A DNA stretch of 64,000 bases, from NCBI GenBank assembly GCA_963422395.1, contig OY729431.1, forward strand, positions 864,001 through 928,000. The letters run 5' to 3'. The notes under the pieces are model-generated. The model was not told where the DNA came from and made no database searches. It worked only from the letters and a program-made list of their open reading frames with translations. The position numbers and the translations under genes are program-made. The DNA is from Vicinamibacteria bacterium (GTDB lineage Bacteria > Acidobacteriota > Vicinamibacteria > Marinacidobacterales > Marinacidobacteraceae). Positions 40,198-49,580 of this stretch are shown here, piece by piece (the first letter of the stretch is position 1; each line of letters opens with the position of its first letter).

Positions 40198-41370
40198 ATG
40201 CGGATAGAGAGCATCGAACTCAAGAACTACCGGGCGTTCCGCCGTACGGCGTTTCGTGGGCTGCCAGACATGGCGGTGGTGGTGGGCGCCAACGGATCGG
40301 GCAAGTCCACGCTGTTCGATGTGTTCACCTTCCTGAAAGATGCGTTGAGCGGGAATGCCGCTACCGCAGTGGCCCGCCGGGGCGGGTTCCGCGAATTGGT
40401 CAGCCGAGGCGAATTGGGCACTGTCGAGATCCAGATCAAGTTTCGTGAGACGGGCGGCCGATTGGCCACCTACATTCTGGAGGTGGCCCAGGATGGCGGG
40501 CGCGTCGTCGTGGAGCGTGAAGTGCTTCGCTACCGCCGGGGTCAGAAGGGAAAGCCGTGGCATTTCGTGGACTTTTCGCGCGGCGAGGGCACAGCGATCA
40601 CGAATGAATCCGTCTATGGTCAGCAGGGCGCCGTCGAGAAACGGGAGCGATACGAGCTGGACGACCCGAGCATCCTCGCCATCAAGGGGCTGGGACAATT
40701 CCGTGAGTTCCGGGTGGTCTCGGAGTTTCGCAGCCTGATCGAGAACTGGTACATCTCTGATTTCCACATCGCCGACGCCCGCCCGAGCGCGGAAGCCGGC
40801 TTCGCCGAGCACCTTTCCTCTCGCGGAGACAATGTCGCCCAGGTCGCGCAGTACCTCTTCGAGAACCACCCTGATCGTTTCGCCCGGATTCTGGAAGCGA
40901 TGCGCCAACGCGTACCCGGTGTCGAGTCTGTGGAGGCGAAACCCACCGAGGACGGGCGTCTCGTCCTCCGCTTCCGGGACGGCCACTTCCGCGATCCCTT
41001 CATCGCCCGTCATGTCTCAGACGGCACGATCAAGATGTTCGCCTATCTGGTGCTGCTCCACGATCCGAAACCGCACCCGTGTCTCGCAGTGGAAGAACCG
41101 GAGAACCAGCTCTACCCCGACCTGCTGATCGAACTCGCGGAAGAGTTCCGCGACTACGCGCGGCGCGGAGGCCAGGTGTTCGTCTCCACCCATTCTCCGG
41201 TTTTCCTGAACGGGGCGAAACTGGAAGAGATCTTCTGGTTGGTCGAGGAGGGCGGATTCACGACGGTGCGGCGGGCGTCCGAGAACGAAACGCTGCGGAA
41301 TCTCATGCAGGAAGGCGACTCTCCCGGAGCGCTCTGGAAGCAGGGACTCTTCGAGGGGGCGGGTCTGTGA
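40198..41370 (+). CDS. ABC-type AAA ATPase (AAA_21 / RecF-SMC-like)
   Basis: GANGSGKS, signature-like VSDGT, Walker B VEEPEN.LYP, switch VSTHS. Confidence 0.9.
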   Translation: MRIESIELKNYRAFRRTAFRGLPDMAVVVGANGSGKSTLFDVFTFLKDALSGNAATAVARRGGFRELVSRGELGTVEIQIKFRETGGRLATYILEVAQDGGRVVVEREVLRYRRGQKGKPWHFVDFSRGEGTAITNESVYGQQGAVEKRERYELDDPSILAIKGLGQFREFRVVSEFRSLIENWYISDFHIADARPSAEAGFAEHLSSRGDNVAQVAQYLFENHPDRFARILEAMRQRVPGVESVEAKPTEDGRLVLRFRDGHFRDPFIARHVSDGTIKMFAYLVLLHDPKPHPCLAVEEPENQLYPDLLIELAEEFRDYARRGGQVFVSTHSPVFLNGAKLEEIFWLVEEGGFTTVRRASENETLRNLMQEGDSPGALWKQGLFEGAGL

Positions 41371-41931
41371 CCGGCCGAATCGGCTTTCTGCTGGAGGAGC
41401 GCTCGATGAAGGTTCTTCTCGAGGAACTGCTGCCGCGATCGTTCCCGGATGTTCGGTTCCTCTGTCTGGCGCACGAGGGCAAGCAGCATCTGGAGAAGAG
41501 CGTGCCGCGGAAACTCCGGGGGTGGCGCGAGCCGGGCGTTTCGGTTTCTGATAATGCGAGATAACGACGGCGCCGATTGCCGTGCCCTGAAGAACGGGCT
41601 TCTCGAGCTGCGTCCCCTAGGCGCCGGACGGGATGCTCTCGTGCGGATCGCATGTCAGGAACTCGAAGCCTGGTATCTCGGGGAGCCGGACGCTTTGGCG
41701 GAGGCGTTTTCCGACGAGAAACTGCGGTCGATCGGACGACAGGCCCGTTATCGTGATCCGGACACCGTTGTGAACCCTTCCCGAGCGGTCCGCCAACTGG
41801 TTCCTGAGTTCCAGAAAGTCTCCGGTGCTCGCCGGATGGGGAAGCGGCTCACGCGGGAGAGAAACCGTTCGGCGAGCTTTCGTGCATTGCTGCGGGGAAT
41901 CGAGAGGCTGCGGGAGGAGGCTCCGGCATGA
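41367..41931 (+). pseudogene. DUF4276-family (TOPRIM-like) protein with a +1 frameshift near 41540
   Basis: FLLEE.SM...HEGKQHLEKS.P.KLRGWREPG in one frame continues as RFLIMRDND.ADC...RIACQELEAWYLG in the next; extra T in ggcgtttcgg. Confidence 0.8.
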
Positions 41932-42039
41932 GGCATGGCGCCAACAGGCGCATGGTGTGCAGTGCGTCGTGGTCGGTGGATATTCCAGGTGGAGAAATGG
42001 TCAAGATCGTCTGCGTGCACCTCCCAGCCGACAACAACG

Positions 42040-43190
42040 GCGGTTCCGGCAGTTCCAGGCGAAGCTCGCCAGCCTGACGTTCTTCGACCCCGCATGCGGC
42101 TGCGGCAACTTCCTCATCATCGCCTACCGGGAATTGCGGCTGCTCGAAATCGAGATCATCCGTGAGATACGGGACGCCACCGCCGCGACCGGTCAGGCGG
42201 TACTCGATGCAGCGTGGCAGTCGGTGGTGGACGTGGATCAGTTCTACGGGATCGAGCTTGGCGAGTTCCCGGCCCGCATCGCGGAGACCGCGCTGTGGAT
42301 GATGGACCACAGGAAAGCGCGCCGATCAACGGTATGGGCAGATTGATTATCGGCTCCAAGCCCATCGACGGCAGAAGCTACATATTCGACTCGGCGGAAC
42401 GTGACGCGTTTCTGGATGCGGAGCCGGAGGCCGCGCCCTGGCTCCGACCGTTCATCGGGGCACGCGAGTATTTGCAGGGAGGCGAGCGCTGGATTCTGGC
42501 GCTGCACGATGCACCGCCCGAACTTCTTGCGTGGCTACCGGGAGTGCGGGAGCGAATCGCCGCCGTCCGCGCCTACCGCGAGGCGAGCAAGAGCGCGCCG
42601 ACGCGCAAGCTTGCGACGACGCCGACGCTCTACCATGTCAACGTTATCCCGACCACACCATTTCTGGTGATTCCGAAGGTCAGTTCGGAGCGGCGCGAAT
42701 ACGTGCCGGTGGATTGGCTGGAGCCGCCGACCGTCCCCAGCGATCTAGTGTTCGTCCTTCAGGACGCTTCGCTGGTCGATTTCGCGCTGCTGACCTCGAC
42801 GATGCACATGGCATGGCTGCGCCATATCGGCGGACGGTTGGAAAGCCGCTACCGCTATTCCATCGGCCTCGTCTACAACACCTTCCCGACACCGCCCGAA
42901 GGCGCGGATATGTCGAAGCTGGCACCGCTCGCCCAAGCAGTGCTCGACGCCCGCGCCGCTCATCCGGACGCGACTCTGGCCGATCTCTACGATCCCGATC
43001 TGATGCCGCCCACCCTGCGCCGCGCCCACCAAGCCCTCGACCGCGCCGTGGACCGCCTCTACCGCCGTACTGGCTTCGCGTCAGAGCGCGAGCGGGTAGA
43101 ACATCTGTTTGGGGTGTATGATAAGGTGCAGTCGCCGCTCGGGGCGGGAATCAAGGCACGTTCAAGACGCCGAACAAAAGCAAGTGAATG
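42040..43190 (+). pseudogene. MmeI-like Type IIL restriction-modification enzyme remnant
   Basis: FFDPACGCGNFLIIAYRELR and QFYGIE..EFPARIAETALWMMDH, then a jump at about 42312 to TRD/C-terminus motifs IPKVSSERREY, GGRLESRYRYS...YNTFP, TLADLYDP..MP. Nuclease and NPPF regions are absent. Confidence 0.88.
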
Positions 43191-43233
43191 ACCAGAAAAG
43201 GGCACACCCATGACCGGACAAGATGCTTTGCAG
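43033..43233 (+). repeat. Diverged direct repeat unit 1 (mmeI 3' end, leader and first 8 codons of the next gene)
   Basis: Aligns by eye to 43907-44114. Confidence 0.85.
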
Positions 43234-43845
43234 AAAAAATCGGAACTGCGCCTTGTATTGACCGAGAAATTCACCGAGACCGATGCCTTGGAGATTCGAG
43301 CAGCGCTCAATCGACACCTGCGGATCAGCAAGCCAGAGAGGTATTATCGAGCCTCGATAGACCCGCCATCGGTCATCAAGATACTAGGTGAGGCCGCGCT
43401 GTGGCTGCCTCTGACCGCAGCCACGGTCTTCTTCAAGTCCTTCGTCAGTACTCTCGGGAAGCGAATGGCCGATGCGGCATGGGACAGTTTGGCAGCACGG
43501 AAGGAGAGCAAGGACATCGAACCATTGGTTGATGTCGTAAACACGCTCGTTTCGGCTGCTGATCGTGTTGGAGGACGGGTTTATATCGAGGTTGGTCTCG
43601 ACATTCCAGATGACTTCTTCGGAACGGCGATCACGACCGAGTCCCGCGATCCCTTGGAGTTGGCGCGGATCCTATCGTCTTTCATCGTGCGTGCGGAGAA
43701 AATCTCCGACGCGGTACAGGCCGAGATCGAACGCGGGTACAAACCGCTCGGGCAGTTCGTCATGGAGCTGGAGCAAGACGGAAGCATGACGATCCGATGG
43801 ACTGCTGCGTCCGACTCCAAGACCTACGAGAAGCACATACCGTAG
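43210..43845 (+). CDS. Hypothetical protein (211 aa, lower GC)
   Basis: Intact ORF with a natural amino-acid composition, starting MTGQDALQ; no recognisable family. Confidence 0.7.
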   Translation: MTGQDALQKKSELRLVLTEKFTETDALEIRAALNRHLRISKPERYYRASIDPPSVIKILGEAALWLPLTAATVFFKSFVSTLGKRMADAAWDSLAARKESKDIEPLVDVVNTLVSAADRVGGRVYIEVGLDIPDDFFGTAITTESRDPLELARILSSFIVRAEKISDAVQAEIERGYKPLGQFVMELEQDGSMTIRWTAASDSKTYEKHIP

Positions 43846-43906
43846 ATAACTGTCAGTGGACGTTTTAGGATGGGATCACTCTGCGACCAACCCCAGCCCT
43901 CGCTAG

Positions 43907-44114
43907 GCCCTCGGCCGCGCCGTGGACCGCATCTGCCGGCATGGCGGCTTTGCGTCGGAGCGCGAACGGGTGGAACATCTGTTTGAGTTGTATGAGAAAA
44001 TGATGTCGCCGTTGACGATGGGAGTGGGAATGAAGGAAAAACGCCGGAGACGCCGGACAAAAAGCAAACGAATGGCAGAAGAACACACTCATGATGGGAC
44101 AAGATGCTTTGCAG
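43907..44114 (+). repeat. Diverged direct repeat unit 2 (second mmeI C-terminus fragment)
   Basis: Encodes AVDRICRHGGFASERERVEHLFELYEKM, versus AVDRLYRRTGFASERERVEHLFGVYDKV in unit 1. Confidence 0.85.
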
Positions 44115-44199
44115 GAAACGGTTGCCGCCCTTATCAATAGAAAAGCCGAAGGGACCTATTGGGATTTCAAACGTATCCATCACCGCAATAAAGGTGACA
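44091..44199 (+). pseudogene. Truncated Schlafen/AlbA_2-domain protein N-terminus
   Basis: LINRKAEGTYWDFKRIHHRNKGD resembles the AlbA_2 E....DFK motif; cut where the integrase remnant begins. Confidence 0.6.
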
Positions 44200-45085
44200 T
44201 GACCGCTTGGCTTGCGGCGGTGTGCCGAAGATCGTGCAGACGCAGGCTGCCGAGCTTCGCGTCGTTGCATACCTTTCGCCAGCACGTCGTAAGGCTATAG
44301 GTGCCTCGGCCTTCGGCATAGTACGGAAACAGGAACGCATCGGGATCGCGCGCACCGGGCAGCGCGGCGACATGCGCCCGCGCGGCCTCCCCGAGCGGCA
44401 CGGCGCGCGGTCCGGTCTTCGAATCCTCAAGATTCAGCGCGTCGGTACCGACGTTCCGCCAGCGAAGATTGAGCACTTCGCTGCGGCGGCACCCGGTGAG
44501 TGCGAGCAGCCGGATCGCCGCGACGGCCTCGGGCCATTCGGCCTCGCGGGTGTCGAGAGCGCGCCCGAGCCGCGCGAGTTCGTCCGCGTCCAGGAACCGG
44601 GCGAGCTTCTTTCTCGGGTTCTTCGCGATGCCGAGACAGGGCTGCTGCCGCGCTCGCGCAATCCCCATTCTTCGGCCCGGAACATCATCGCGCGCAGTAT
44701 CTCGAAGGCGCGGTTGGCCGCGCCGGGCTTGTCCTTGCTCGCCGCGTCGAACCACGCGGCCACGTCCTCCGGGCCGATGCGGTTGAGGGGCATTTTGCCG
44801 AAGGCGGGGAGGATGCGGGCCTTCAGATAGATGCGCACGGTCCTGCGCCCCGAGGGCTTCCAGTGCGGCTCGCAGCGGCCAGGTACTCGTCCGCGAACTC
44901 CCGGAAGGTCGGGGTCTTCTTCTCGCGCTGGATGTCGTCTGCGGGATTGTCGCCCGCGCGGATGCGCGCGAGCATGTCGCGGGCGCGGCGGCGGGCCTCG
45001 GCAAGCTCCATCTCGCCGTGCCGGGCGATGACGATGCGGCGGCTCCGCCCCTCGATACGGGTCTGCACGATCCAGACATTCCGTG
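44195..45085 (-). pseudogene. Tyrosine recombinase/integrase with arm-binding domain; two frameshifts, both ends truncated
   Basis: LAEARRRA (arm domain), LALTGCRRSEVL.LRW, DSKTG, LHDLRHTAAS. Frameshifts near 44880 and 44640; the catalytic Tyr region is missing. Confidence 0.88.
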
Positions 45086-45711
45086 GAGGGAGCTTTGGTT
45101 GATGCTGGCAAGGCTCCATCGGGCGTTTCGGTCAGCACCGCGTTGTCGGTTGTCGACGGACCTCGCGGCCTCATTCGCCAGCGGCGCAGTGCACCCCCGC
45201 GCGCTTTTCGAAAGGGATGCGTCAGGAGCCGCTCGGCGGCCACCTCACGGATGCGGGCGCGATCGTGCACGGCCACCCACCCGCGGGCGTCGTCTTCGAG
45301 CAAGACGCTGTATGGAAGAATCAGCGCCTCGGAAATAGTCCAACAATTACGCTGGGTTACGGTCTAGGCTCTCTCCTTTCGGCGAGTTCGAGAAATACGA
45401 GGAGAACGGAGTGTTCCGAAGCCTCGAGGAGCCGGCATGGAAGGACTGAGCGGATGTCTCAGAACCGGGTGGGTTTCGAAGGCGTCGGCGACCGTTCTGC
45501 CGACTGACAGGAAGTGCCGCTGCTCGAGTTTGCCGGAAGCGGTGCCGTTGTAGCTCGCCTTTCGTTTCCTCGAATCCGGGGCGGGCGGCGTCCACCGAGA
45601 TACGGCGGCATCCCGCCCGGGCCGGGTCGGAACGGCTCGAGAACGCTCGTTGCGGCCGTTTCCGCAGTCGACAGGGAGCATGGGGGCGGCCCACGGGACC
45701 GCTTTGAACGG

Positions 45712-47151
45712 TCAGCTCTGCGCCATCTCCGCCCGCGCATCGAGTTCCACCCGGTGACGGCTCTGCGGAGGCAGGACGGCGGTCTCGTTCCCCGCATCTG
45801 GGGGAGACATCGCGCCGAGTCGATCGTAGAGGACTTCGGTCGCGGCCTCCCGGTCTTCCGGAGTGCGCGCGCGCACCCGAATCCGCCCCGCATCCGCCAG
45901 CGCGGCGCCCAGCGAACCGAGCGCGCCTTCCAACCGGTCCAGGGCGCAATGGGTCTCGGCGCGGGCGTCGCCGCCGCCGAGGAGCCGGCCCCGGTGGAAC
46001 GGAGAGGCGCCGGCGATTCGGATCCGGCGGCCGATGCGAACCGCCTCCCGGAATCCCGCTTCCGCCGGGAGTTCGTATCCGCGCCCGGTCTCCCGCGAGA
46101 TCCAGGGCGCCGGCAGTTCGGTGAAGTGGTGGCTGAGATCGCCGGAAGCGGTGAGATAGGGGGGGCGCCGGTATTCGTCGCCGGAGTCTCCCGGGATCGG
46201 GTCGAGCTCCGCCTGTGCCTCGGCCAGTTCCTCCCGCGACCGCTCGTCGAGCGAGAAGGCGCCGAGCCGCAGGTTGTCTTCGAGGTGGCCGGGCGCTCCG
46301 GGGCGGGCGCCCACGATCACTCCGGCGACGCCAGGCTGTTCCAGTACTTGGCGGCAGGCGGCATTCGCAATAGAGACGCCGAGCCGATCCGCCACCCGGC
46401 GGATCGAGCGGAGCAGGCGCTGGAAGCGGTCCCAGCCCCCCGCCTGTTCGATGAAGCGCAGATACTTCATCTCCGACCAGGTGCGGGATTCGTCCATCGG
46501 GGGCGCTGCCCGTCCGAGCCAGCGGTCGCTCAACAGCCCGCCGGCGAGGGTCCCGTAGGCGAGGAGCCCGACTCCGTGCGTTCGGCAGACGCGGGTTAGC
46601 CCCCCTGCCGGACGCCGGTCGAGGAGTGAATAGCAGACCTGGTTCGAGACCAGCGGAATCCCGCTTCGGAGTGCGAGATCCCAGTGGGCGGCGTCGAAGT
46701 TCGTGACTCCGAGGTGCAGGATCCGCCCGGCGGCGCGCTGCTCCCGGAGTTCGAAGAGACAGTCCAGCCAGTGCGGGTCGGAATAGCTCCAGGCGTGGAA
46801 TTGGAGGAGGTCCAGCCGCCCCCCGCCGATCCGGTCGAGCGACCGCGTCACCGCGGCCTCCACCTCCTCGGGCGACGAGACCCCGGGCGGGGGCACCCAC
46901 TTGGTGAGTACCCGGACTGCAGCGCGCGGTTCCGGGCGCTGCCGGCGGAGGGCTCCCGCGACCCGTTCCGCCGAGCCGTAGTGATCCGCGACATCGAAGC
47001 CGCACAGGCCGGCGTCCACGAGCGGCGTGAGCGCCCGGGCGGCTGCTTCCGGATCGAGCAGCGCCCCTCCCCGCTCCTGGTCGGCGACCTGCCACAGCCC
47101 GGTGAGCACCCGCGGCAGTTCGAGCCCGGGAGCGAGCCGCGTCCGTCCCAC
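45712..47151 (-). CDS. Aldo/keto reductase fused to a C-terminal RidA/YjgF-like domain
   Basis: GLWQ, FDVADHYG.AE, DLLQFH, SNQV.YSLLD.R, LLAYGTLAGG, then GFREAVRIG..I.IAG...RVELDA.A. Confidence 0.8.
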   Translation of the reverse strand: MGRTRLAPGLELPRVLTGLWQVADQERGGALLDPEAAARALTPLVDAGLCGFDVADHYGSAERVAGALRRQRPEPRAAVRVLTKWVPPPGVSSPEEVEAAVTRSLDRIGGGRLDLLQFHAWSYSDPHWLDCLFELREQRAAGRILHLGVTNFDAAHWDLALRSGIPLVSNQVCYSLLDRRPAGGLTRVCRTHGVGLLAYGTLAGGLLSDRWLGRAAPPMDESRTWSEMKYLRFIEQAGGWDRFQRLLRSIRRVADRLGVSIANAACRQVLEQPGVAGVIVGARPGAPGHLEDNLRLGAFSLDERSREELAEAQAELDPIPGDSGDEYRRPPYLTASGDLSHHFTELPAPWISRETGRGYELPAEAGFREAVRIGRRIRIAGASPFHRGRLLGGGDARAETHCALDRLEGALGSLGAALADAGRIRVRARTPEDREAATEVLYDRLGAMSPPDAGNETAVLPPQSRHRVELDARAEMAQS

Positions 47152-47158
47152 CGGTGCG

Positions 47159-48640
47159 TTACTCGCGGGGCAGGGTGCGGAAGATCCGGTCGATATCCAC
47201 CCCGCGGCGGCGGAGCCGCGCCCGCTCGCGCAGGAAGAGCAGCGAAGCGGCGCCCATCACGAGCAGCCATACCGGAGTCGAGTGGAAGTACCAGGCCTTC
47301 GCGCCGGTTCCCAGATCGCTGGCGATGTGGAGCGCGAGGAACGCTCCGAGGATCGCCGTGCCCGCGCCGCCCACGAGGTTCCGAGCAGCGGGGCTCAGCA
47401 CCTTCAACTCTCGGGCGAGGGCTGGATTGCGCCGGGGCAGGACCAGCAGCGAGAGGCAGATCAGCCCGAAGTTCACGAGCATCGAAGTGACCAGGATGTC
47501 GATGCCGAGGAAGAAGTCGCCGGCGAGGTGGCTCCCGAGGATGCCCACCGTCGCCATCAGTCCGCTCAGCAGGATCGCGGCCCAGGGAGTGTGGAAGCGG
47601 CGGTGGACCGCCGCTACTGCCCGAGGGAAGATGCCGTCCTCGGCCCAGGCGAACATCATCCGCGACACCGCGAGCAGCATCGCGGGAAGGTCGTTGATGA
47701 GCGCGACGGCGGCCCCGGCGAGGATGGCCGTCGTCCCCGCCGCCGGCAGGAGATAGCCGAGGAGGCCCGGAGCGGTCACATCCCGGACCGCCGCTTCGGC
47801 CGCCACGAAGGTCCAGGGGACCGCGTGGTACATCGCCGCAGTGAACAGGAAATAGAACCCGCCGACTCCAGCGATGGCGATTCCGATGGCGAGCGGCAGG
47901 TTGCGGGCGGGGTTTTTCGCCTCGCCGCCGGCCTGGGCGATCGAGTCGAACCCGATGAAGGTAGCGAAGAGAATCACCGAAGCGGTCAGGAGCGGGACGA
48001 GACGCAGCGGCGGGGTGGGGGTCTCGGGGACCGCCCGACTCTCGCTCGCGGCGAGAGCGGCGGCGAAATCCCCGTGGTCGAAGGAGAACCCGGCGACGAT
48101 CACCACGGCGCCGAGGGCGAACATGAGGATGGTCAGCGGGATCAGCGTTCGCTGGTAGAGCGCGAGTCCGCGGAGGTTGACCAGAACGAAGGTCCAGAGG
48201 AAGGCGATCGAGAGGCCGACCCGGATCGGGCCGCGTTCCAGCGCCGCGGCGGCCCCGGCGAAGTCGAGGGCGGCGGCGATGTCGCGCAGGAAGGGGATCA
48301 GCAGATAGGACACCACCCCGATGGCGATCGAGAGTCCGAACCACTGCGAGAAACTGGCGACGAAGCCCCAGAAGGGGCCGAGCGCTCGGCTCGCGTACAC
48401 ATAGCTGCCTCCCGCGCGCGGCATCGCCGAGCCGAGGCTCGCGTAGGCGAGCGCCGCCAGCACCGCCGGCAGCGCGGCGAAGGCGTAGGCGGGGAGGACA
48501 TGGGGGCCGATTTCCGGGATACCCCGCAGCAGCATGAAGGGCATCACCTGGATCGCCGCCCCGAGCATCGAACAGATCCCGGTAGCAGCGAGCCCGGCGA
48601 GGCCGAGGCTCCGGGTGAGTCCGGCGGGCGGATGCGTCAT
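47159..48640 (-). CDS. APC-family amino acid permease
   Basis: About 12 TM helices; YASLGSAMPRAGGSYVY, FIGFD, GEAKNP.RNLP, SRMMFAWAEDG.FP. Confidence 0.9.
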   Translation of the reverse strand: MTHPPAGLTRSLGLAGLAATGICSMLGAAIQVMPFMLLRGIPEIGPHVLPAYAFAALPAVLAALAYASLGSAMPRAGGSYVYASRALGPFWGFVASFSQWFGLSIAIGVVSYLLIPFLRDIAAALDFAGAAAALERGPIRVGLSIAFLWTFVLVNLRGLALYQRTLIPLTILMFALGAVVIVAGFSFDHGDFAAALAASESRAVPETPTPPLRLVPLLTASVILFATFIGFDSIAQAGGEAKNPARNLPLAIGIAIAGVGGFYFLFTAAMYHAVPWTFVAAEAAVRDVTAPGLLGYLLPAAGTTAILAGAAVALINDLPAMLLAVSRMMFAWAEDGIFPRAVAAVHRRFHTPWAAILLSGLMATVGILGSHLAGDFFLGIDILVTSMLVNFGLICLSLLVLPRRNPALARELKVLSPAARNLVGGAGTAILGAFLALHIASDLGTGAKAWYFHSTPVWLLVMGAASLLFLRERARLRRRGVDIDRIFRTLPRE

Positions 48641-48773
48641 CAGGGGTATCGGCCTCGATGCCGCCTCACCTCACCAACCATTGGAGCGGGGGAAGGGACC
48701 CAAAGGATCCGGCCGGCGGGAGAACGACGAAGGCCGGGCATCGAGGATGCCCCTCGATCCGTTCGGTCTCATC

Positions 48774-49526
48774 TCAGGACTCGGGTTCGCGGCGTTCCGG
48801 TTCCGGGACCTGTTCCGAGGTTTGGACCGGTTGAAATCCCATGTGCAACACCCCGCTTTGGTAAACGCCGCCTGGCATCAGGATTTGCTGCCAAACCGGT
48901 GAGCTGGCAGTGATCTGGTGACTAGGGCGCTTCAGAGTTTCTGAATCCAGATCGAAACTAGCGGTCAAGCATCGATCGTCGAAGAACTCGTCCTCTTCGT
49001 TAACTTTGACATGAATCGTATCCCCGGGGAACACTTGGAGAACTGCATGAGTACCTTCGTATCTCGATGATCCAGCCGTGGCGAACGAAGTCCGCATGGC
49101 TTCTCGCCGCGCCGAAATCCGCGCGACTTCTGTGCTCAGATCGGATCGAACCTCTCCATGCGGCACCTGGCTTTCCTCTTCCTGGAGCACCCGCAGTTTC
49201 CCGATCTCTTCTTCCAATCGATCGATTTCCTGTTGTAGCCCGTCGATGGGAGATCGGTCGACGACCATGTAGTAATCCGAAAAGGAAAACACATCGCCAC
49301 AAGAAACCGTTGACATGTCCGCTGTCATGTTCATGATGTAGGGAACATATTCGGAATCGAACGAATCCTCCACGAAGAGAGAAAGGACGCCGAGCGCGCC
49401 GACGCCGGCCGCTACATAGAGACAGCTGCTCGACAGCAGGAGCAGTGGGCAGGAGACGAGCGCCGCGAGTCGCGATCCTCGACTGCAGCGAGTGCCCGTC
49501 GCTGGCTGGACATCTAGTGTTTTCAT
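48774..49526 (-). CDS. Hypothetical exported/lipoprotein (lower GC)
   Basis: Hydrophobic N-terminus with LSSSC, short coiled coil; no family recognised. Confidence 0.5.
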   Translation of the reverse strand: MKTLDVQPATGTRCSRGSRLAALVSCPLLLLSSSCLYVAAGVGALGVLSLFVEDSFDSEYVPYIMNMTADMSTVSCGDVFSFSDYYMVVDRSPIDGLQQEIDRLEEEIGKLRVLQEEESQVPHGEVRSDLSTEVARISARREAMRTSFATAGSSRYEGTHAVLQVFPGDTIHVKVNEEDEFFDDRCLTASFDLDSETLKRPSHQITASSPVWQQILMPGGVYQSGVLHMGFQPVQTSEQVPEPERREPES

Positions 49527-49580
49527 GATTCGTAGCTCATCGAGATAGCAAGGAAGAGGGAGCCGAGTGCGGACTCCCCC

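Noticed and set aside
43033-44114. Diversity-generating retroelement or classical integron
   Set aside because: No reverse transcriptase. Differences between the repeats are not adenine-specific. No attC-like sites, and the integrase has an arm-binding domain rather than IntI features.
45086-45711. ORFs between the integrase remnant and the AKR gene
   Set aside because: No recognisable domain or consistent coding signal; probably the islet boundary or decayed DNA.
39423-45711. tRNA integration site or prophage at the islet
   Set aside because: No tRNA-like cloverleaf, flanking att repeats or phage structural genes were seen.
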